Assembly: GCF_009914755.1 (NCBI RefSeq)
Contig: NC_060934.1
DNA: 64,000 nucleotides
Strand: one strand, 5' to 3'
DNA from: the human T2T-CHM13v2.0 reference genome, Homo sapiens
Below the pieces are notes generated by a model. It made no database searches. It saw nothing but the letters and a program-made list of their open reading frames with translations, and was not told where the DNA came from. This document shows positions 51,081 through 64,000 of the stretch, in pieces. How positions within the stretch are numbered: position 1 is the stretch's first letter; every line of letters begins with the position of its first letter. Made by a program: the position numbers and the translations under genes.

Positions 51081-52213
51081 GTCTATGCCTTACTGTTTTG
51101 GGTTATATCCACCCATGTGCAGCTTGGGGGTGAACATAGGAGTTCATTAACCACTTTATGGGGCCATTTTCTTGAGTTCCTCCCTCTGTACAATCTCCCC
51201 AGTACTATCTGGTTCCCTGGGGCCGCCTTTTTCAGTCCTCCAGCCAGAAAGCTAGGACTTTATTTAATCCTGCATCTGTTACTGCATATGGGGCTACGCA
51301 ATGGGAGGCTAGAGGAAAAAAAAAAAGCAATGAGGTTTTGTCTCACCCTTTTAGGATCACAACTCCTCTGATCAGAGAGGAAGGTTTCCTTACTTCAGAG
51401 TTTTAGCCTTCTTTGGGTCTCTGCTTCTGCTGTGGCTTTCCTCATGGAATTGCTTTGAGAGAATAGCAAGAACTTTAAAGAAAAATGGGAGATTTTTGCC
51501 ATTCTCTCTGAGTGTTACGATACTCCTTCTGCACTCCTTAAGCTAGAACTAGAGGGCTTTTCCTGGAGCTCTCTTTACTGACACCAATACCCACTTGTGG
51601 GTTTCAGGCAGCAGTCCAGGCTGGTGGATACTGGAGGAATAATAAAAAGATAAATTCATTATTGGTTCAGTGTTATGTAAAAGTCTTCTCCAATTACCTG
51701 CTAGTATTTAATTTTTTGAGTCTTCAAATAGTTGTTCTATATGTTCTGTCCATTTCTTAGTGGTTGCCTTCAGTGGGAAATACAGGATGGAGTGCACTTA
51801 CTCCATCTTACATGGAACTAGAACCCCTTCTAGTTAATTATCCTTTTGATATTGATTTATGCTAGTCAACAACATACACTGCAAGTTCAGTCCTTTGAAC
51901 TTCCTTCATGGCCCATCTTAAGGTCTGTTTTGGTAAAGTGTAGCAAGTGTGCTTGAAAAGAATGTGTGTGTATACTGCAGTTGTTGGGTGAAGTGTTCTA
52001 GATAAATCATTACATCAAGTTTATTATTACTGTGCTTGTCACTTCTTTGTTGCTTATTCTATCAATAGCTGAGAGAGTTATGTTAGGCTCTCAAACTGTA
52101 GATTTGTGTATTTTCCCTTTAGTTCTGAGTTTTTTGCTTATTTTGAAATTGTTAGTAGTGGTACATATACTTTTAGGATTATTCTCGATGAATTAACCTT
52201 TTTATAATTATGA

Positions 52214-52523
<310 letters not shown>

Positions 52524-52579
52524 TACTGCTTATACTCTTTGTTCCGAGGTAAACTTTCATGTTAACATAGCCATCTCAG

Positions 52580-55135
<2,556 letters not shown>

Positions 55136-55500
55136 ACACAAAACATTGAGGTAAAGTTCACATAATATAAAATTAACCATTTTAAAGTGAACAATTCTGT
55201 GTAGTTTAGCAACTACTACCTCTATGTAGTTGAAAGACATTTACATCATTCCAAGTAAAAGCTTTTATCCAGTAAGCAGTTTCTTTCTATTCCCTTCCTT
55301 CAGCCCTTGGCAATCACCAATCTGCATTCTGCCCATATGAATTTATCTATTCTGGACATTTCATATAAATGGAAGCATACAATATGTGACTTTTTGTGTA
55401 TGACTTCTTTCACTTACCATATTTTTGAGGTTTAGTCATGTTATAGCATTTATTAGTAGTTTATTTTTATGGCTGAATAATATTCCATTGTATGTACATA

Positions 55501-55841
55501 CAGTCATGTGTCACTTGATGGGGATACATTCTGAGAAATGTGCCATTAGGTGAGTTCAACATTGTGTGAACGTCATCTAGTGTACTTACACAAACCTAGG
55601 TAGTATAGCCTACTATATACCTGGGCTATATGTTATAGCTTGTTGCTCCCAGGCTACCTGGACAGCATGTTACTGTACTGAATATTGTAGGCAGTTGTTA
55701 CACAATAGGGAGTATTTGTGTATCTAAACATACTTAGACATAGAAAAGATGTAGTTAAAATGTTGGTATTATCATCTGTGGGACCACCATGGTATATGCA
55801 GTTCATTGTTGACTAAAAATGTCATTGTGCAGTGCGTGAGT
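55501..55841. mobile_element. Tigger3a/Golem-type MITE
   Basis: ta|cagtcatgtg...gggatacattctgagaaatg...gtgtacttacacaaacctag. Confidence 0.8.
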
Positions 55842-56392
55842 TACCAGAATTTGTTTATCTGTTTATTCGTTGATAAGTATTTTTGGGCTGTTTTCAACCT
55901 TTTGCCAATTTTGAATAATGCTACTATGAACATGTGTATACATGTATTTGTTTACCTGTTTTTAATTCTTTGGATATATACCTAGAAGTAGGTATATACC
56001 AAAATTGCTATGGTAGTTCTGTGTTTTATTTTTTGAGACACTGCCAAATTGTTTCCCGTGGTTACTGAACTATTTTATATTCCCACCAGCAATGTATGAA
56101 GGTTCCAGTTTCTCCACATCCTTGTCAGCACTTGTTATTTTCTGTTGTGGGTTTTCTTGTTTTAATTGTAACTTCAAAAGCTTTTGAGACTGGACAGGAG
56201 TTTACTGATAAAGCTTCTTCTAGTACATCTGGATTTCCTGGTATGCTTCTCTCCTAATATATCTGGATGGCTGCTTTTTAGCTTTCTTTAGTTCTTTTTT
56301 TAAACTTACCATACTAGTGGGTGTGAAGGGTACATTATCGTGGTTTTGATTTTCATTTTCCCAATGACCGCTGATGTCAAGAAGAGTACCCT

Positions 56393-57353
<961 letters not shown>

Positions 57354-58649
57354 TTTCTGGCACTTTTTATAGTTTTGTATGGGTTGGTCTATTATCATTC
57401 TTCAGATATATTTGGAAATATGCATTTTCCAAATATATTTTCTGCTTCTGCCCATCCCTGTTCTCTAATTTTCTTTTGAGACACCAGATATACATGTGTT
57501 AGACCACTTACAATTTCCTATAGGTCACTGAAGCTTTGTTCAGTTTGTTTCCTTAGTCTTTTTTCTCTTAGTGCTTTATTTTTGCTTCCTCGGGTTCACT
57601 GATCTTCTACAGAGTTTAAATGTGCTGCTAGTCCTATTTCATGAAATTATCATTTCAAACATTGTATTTTTCATTCTGGAACTTTTTATTTCATTCTTTT
57701 TTTATACCCTACATCACTATGTTCATGTTATTATAGCTGTTTTAATTTTTAGGTCTGCTAATTTCATTGTCAGTTTTTTTTTTTCTGGGTCTGCTTCCAT
57801 TGACTGATAGTCCTCCTAGTTATGAATCATATTTTGTGCCTCTTGTCTGTAATTTTAGATTTAGTTGTAGACATTGTGATATTACATTTTTGAATATTTG
57901 TATTTTAAAAATCTTTTTAAAAGGATGTTGAGTTTATTTTGGTGCTCTTAAGTTTTTTGCAGATCAACTTGATGCTCTTGTGGCTGATTTTAAGCTTTAT
58001 TCTGATAGTTTTAGTGTAGCTTTTATTCTAGTGTAGTTCATCCCAGCAACTGAGATGTGAGCTTTCTAAGGCTCCTAGTGAATGTCATAAGTATTCATTA
58101 GGCTTCTGAAATCTGACCAGTCAGAACAGAAATGTGCCCCAGGTCTGTGTAGTTTCTAGTTGCTGAGCTTATAGTTCTGTTGTAGTTTTTTGCCTAGTGT
58201 TGTGGAATTTCACTGTATGTATACAGGACTTAGTATTCAGGAACTGAGTCAGGGGTGTCCTATTCAGGTATTTGGAACCTTTTTCTACATAATTCATTCT
58301 TCAGTATTCTGCCTCACTAATTCTTTTTAGCCTTCATGTATTTTGTTTCCTCAAGTAAGTGGTCCCATTGTACTCTGTTTGAGTTCCCCTTTCTTGTGCA
58401 GCAGCCTGGACAGTACCTTCGGGTAGAAGACTAGGATAATTTTAAGGGTCACCTTATTTGTTTCCCGTCATTCAGGGATTACATTCTGGCATTGTTTGTT
58501 GTTCAGTGTCTTGAAATATATGTTTCACATATTTTGTTCAGTTTCTTGATGGTAGGAAGATAAGTTTGATACCAATTATTGCCTTATGGTAGAATCTAAA
58601 GTCTAGTGCTTGTTTTTACTTTAGAGTTTAATTTTATTTAAACTTAATG

Positions 58650-59812
<1,163 letters not shown>

Positions 59813-60279
59813 TGACCTTGCTTTGTTTCTAATCTTCTCTTAAACCAATCTAATGAATTCTTAATTTCAACTTTCGTGTTTTTTTATATACAGGATTTTC
59901 ATGTTATATATTTTAAATTTTAGATTCCAATTTTCTGGTGTAACTTTTTAATCTGTTTTGTTGAATATCTTAAATATGGTTATTTTAAAGTCTGTGATTA
60001 CTTATCACATTGGGGGCTGTTGTTTTTAACTGTGTTAATATGTACATACCATAAAATTGACCATCTTAACCATTTTTAAGTGTACAATTCAGTAGTTTTA
60101 GCACATTCACATCATTGTGCAACCAGTCTTCAGAACTTTTTCCTCTTGCAAAACTGAAATTCTATACTCATTAAATAACAACTCCCCATTACCCATCACC
60201 TCTCAGCTCCTGGCAACCACCATCCTACTTTCTGAATTTGACTACTCTAGGTAACTCATATAAGTGGATTTATACAGTA

Positions 60280-62138
<1,859 letters not shown>

Positions 62139-62984
62139 TATTTGTCTTTTTGTGACTGGCTTATTTCACTCAGCATAATGTCCTCAAGGTTCATCCATGT
62201 TGCAGCATGTGTCAGATTTTCCATCCTTTATTAGGCTGAATAATATTCCATTGTATGCATATACTAGATTTTAGTTATCTACCCATCTGTTGATGGCCAT
62301 TTGAATCTGTCTACTTTATTGTTTGCCTTTTCCCCTGGTTTTTGTTTGTTTTTTAATTTGGCCATTTGATCCCTTTGCTTTGAATGCTTCGTAATTATTC
62401 ATTGAGAGCTAGATATTTTTTAATGAAAATGTTAGAGACTCTGAAATCATTCTTCACAGGGTGTTGAATATTCTTTTCACAGACATATCCCTTTGGTTCA
62501 GTTGAGGCATCTCTGTTTTTGGTGCCCTTCATTGTTCTGGTTCATGTGACTCTTCCATGGTGTCAATTGAAAGCCTGAGTTGTTGTTGTTGTTATTGTTG
62601 TTGTTGTTTTTTACCAGGGTACCTTGTCCTATATGCACCCTATACTCCAGTCTTTGGCTCCACAGCATCATGAGACTGCTGAAATACACTTCAGACTTAG
62701 TTTTTCAGCATCTTACTCTCTGCGTGTAAAATTTAGGAGTCAGGAAATGCCGTAGGGGAAAAATTATACCCAGAATATCAGGTTAACCGTAATGCATTTC
62801 CCTTCTGCCTAGGATCTTTGCCCCTAAAGTTTTGGCTGTATTAGTTGTTCTCTCTCTCATGGCTTCCATTTTCTATATTTTATTTAGCTTCTATAATTTT
62901 CTGCATGAAATTTAGTCTGATAATAATTACTACATTATGACCAAAAGCAAAATCCCAGTATGTATTTTTATTAATTTATATTCC

Positions 62985-63690
62985 ATGTTTTATTTTTAAA
63001 CATTCTCAAACTACAGAAGAGTTGTAAGTAAAATGCAAATTGTTTTTTTTTCATAAACCACTTGAGAATAAGGTTCTGACATGATGTCCCATCACCTCTG
63101 AATTCTCTGTGTATTTCCTGCAAACCAGAACATTCTCCCATATAACCCAATAACAACCATCAGAATTAAGGAAATTATTATTGGCATATTATTTTGTCAT
63201 CTAATCCACAGATCCCATTCAAGTTTCTCTAGTAATCTCAGTCAATGTCCTTTATATAATAGAATAAATATCTAGTTCAGGATCACATGATACATTTAGT
63301 AGTCATACCTCTTTAGTCTCGTTTACTCTGGAACAGTTCTTCAGTCTTTCCTTGGCTTTCATAACATTGACATTTTTGAGGATTACACGCCAGTATCTTG
63401 CAGAACATTTTTCAAATTGGGTTTTTCTGATGTATTCTCATGATTAGATCCAAATTAGGTATCTTCGACAGGAATATTACAGAGGTGATGTTGTGTTTTT
63501 ATTGAATAGTATCAGGTGACACATAATGTGAATTTCTTCCAATATTAGTGATATTAATGTTGATTACTTGATTAAGATATCAGGGTTTTTTTCCCACTAT
63601 AGAATTAACTTTATATTTTTCCAATTAAAACGAAGTAGTATTTTGTGGGGAGGTATTTTGAGACTATTTAAGTATCCTCCTCCTTATCAA
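62985..63690 (-). mobile_element. L1MC-type 3' fragment
   Basis: ctacagaagagttg, acatgatgtccc, tttactctggaacagttc, tattttgtggggaggtattttgagact. Confidence 0.7.
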
Positions 63691-63699
63691 ACTTACAGT

Positions 63700-63985
63700 T
63701 TATATTTTGTTTCATTTTATTTTATTTCATTTTAGAGATAGGGTCTTGTTCTTTCACTCAGGGTGGAGTGCAGTGGCGTGATCCTCATTGTAACTCCTGG
63801 GCTCAAGTGATCTTCCTGCTCAGTCTCCCAAGTAGCTGGAACTACAGATGCGTGTCACCATGGCTTCTTTTTTTCCCGTTAATTCTTTTTGTAGAGGCAG
63901 GATCTCAAAATGTTGCTCTGACTGGTCTCTAATTCTTGGCCTCAGGCAATCTGCTGGGTTACAGGTGTGACCCACCACACTTGTC
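63700..63985 (-). mobile_element. AluJ
   Basis: Diverged Alu consensus. Confidence 0.85.
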
Positions 63986-64000
63986 CCCAGTTTATTTTTT

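Overview
Human (hominoid) genomic DNA covering the 5' end of BTRC (beta-TrCP1/FBXW1A, the substrate receptor of the SCF(beta-TrCP) ubiquitin ligase; 10q24 from prior knowledge). It contains the CpG-island promoter/5'UTR, coding exon 1 (150-197, MDPAEAVLQEKALKFM) and the first ~64 kb of the very long intron 1. I recognise no further BTRC exon in the window. The intron is mostly interspersed repeats: about 65 Alu/FLAM pieces by manual count (roughly 4:1 antisense to BTRC), old L1M/L2/MIR fragments, MaLR and MER21 LTRs, and Tigger/hAT DNA transposon relics. Nearly every ORF in the supplied track is a repeat-derived artefact. I do not see a new multi-gene system. The most interesting signals are: an antisense U2 snRNA retrocopy that appears to come from a 3'-extended precursor, a U13 snoRNA retrocopy, a rare SVA2-type VNTR element, a 5'-inverted (twin-primed) L1PA2-like insertion, an orphan 18-nt + poly(A) insertion with TSDs, two old local duplications, a ~420-bp almost pure A/T tract, a pair of RFX X-boxes in unique DNA, a 20-bp hairpin and a candidate recursive splice site. 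Repeat family names come from recalled consensus motifs. Boundaries of old repeats are approximate.
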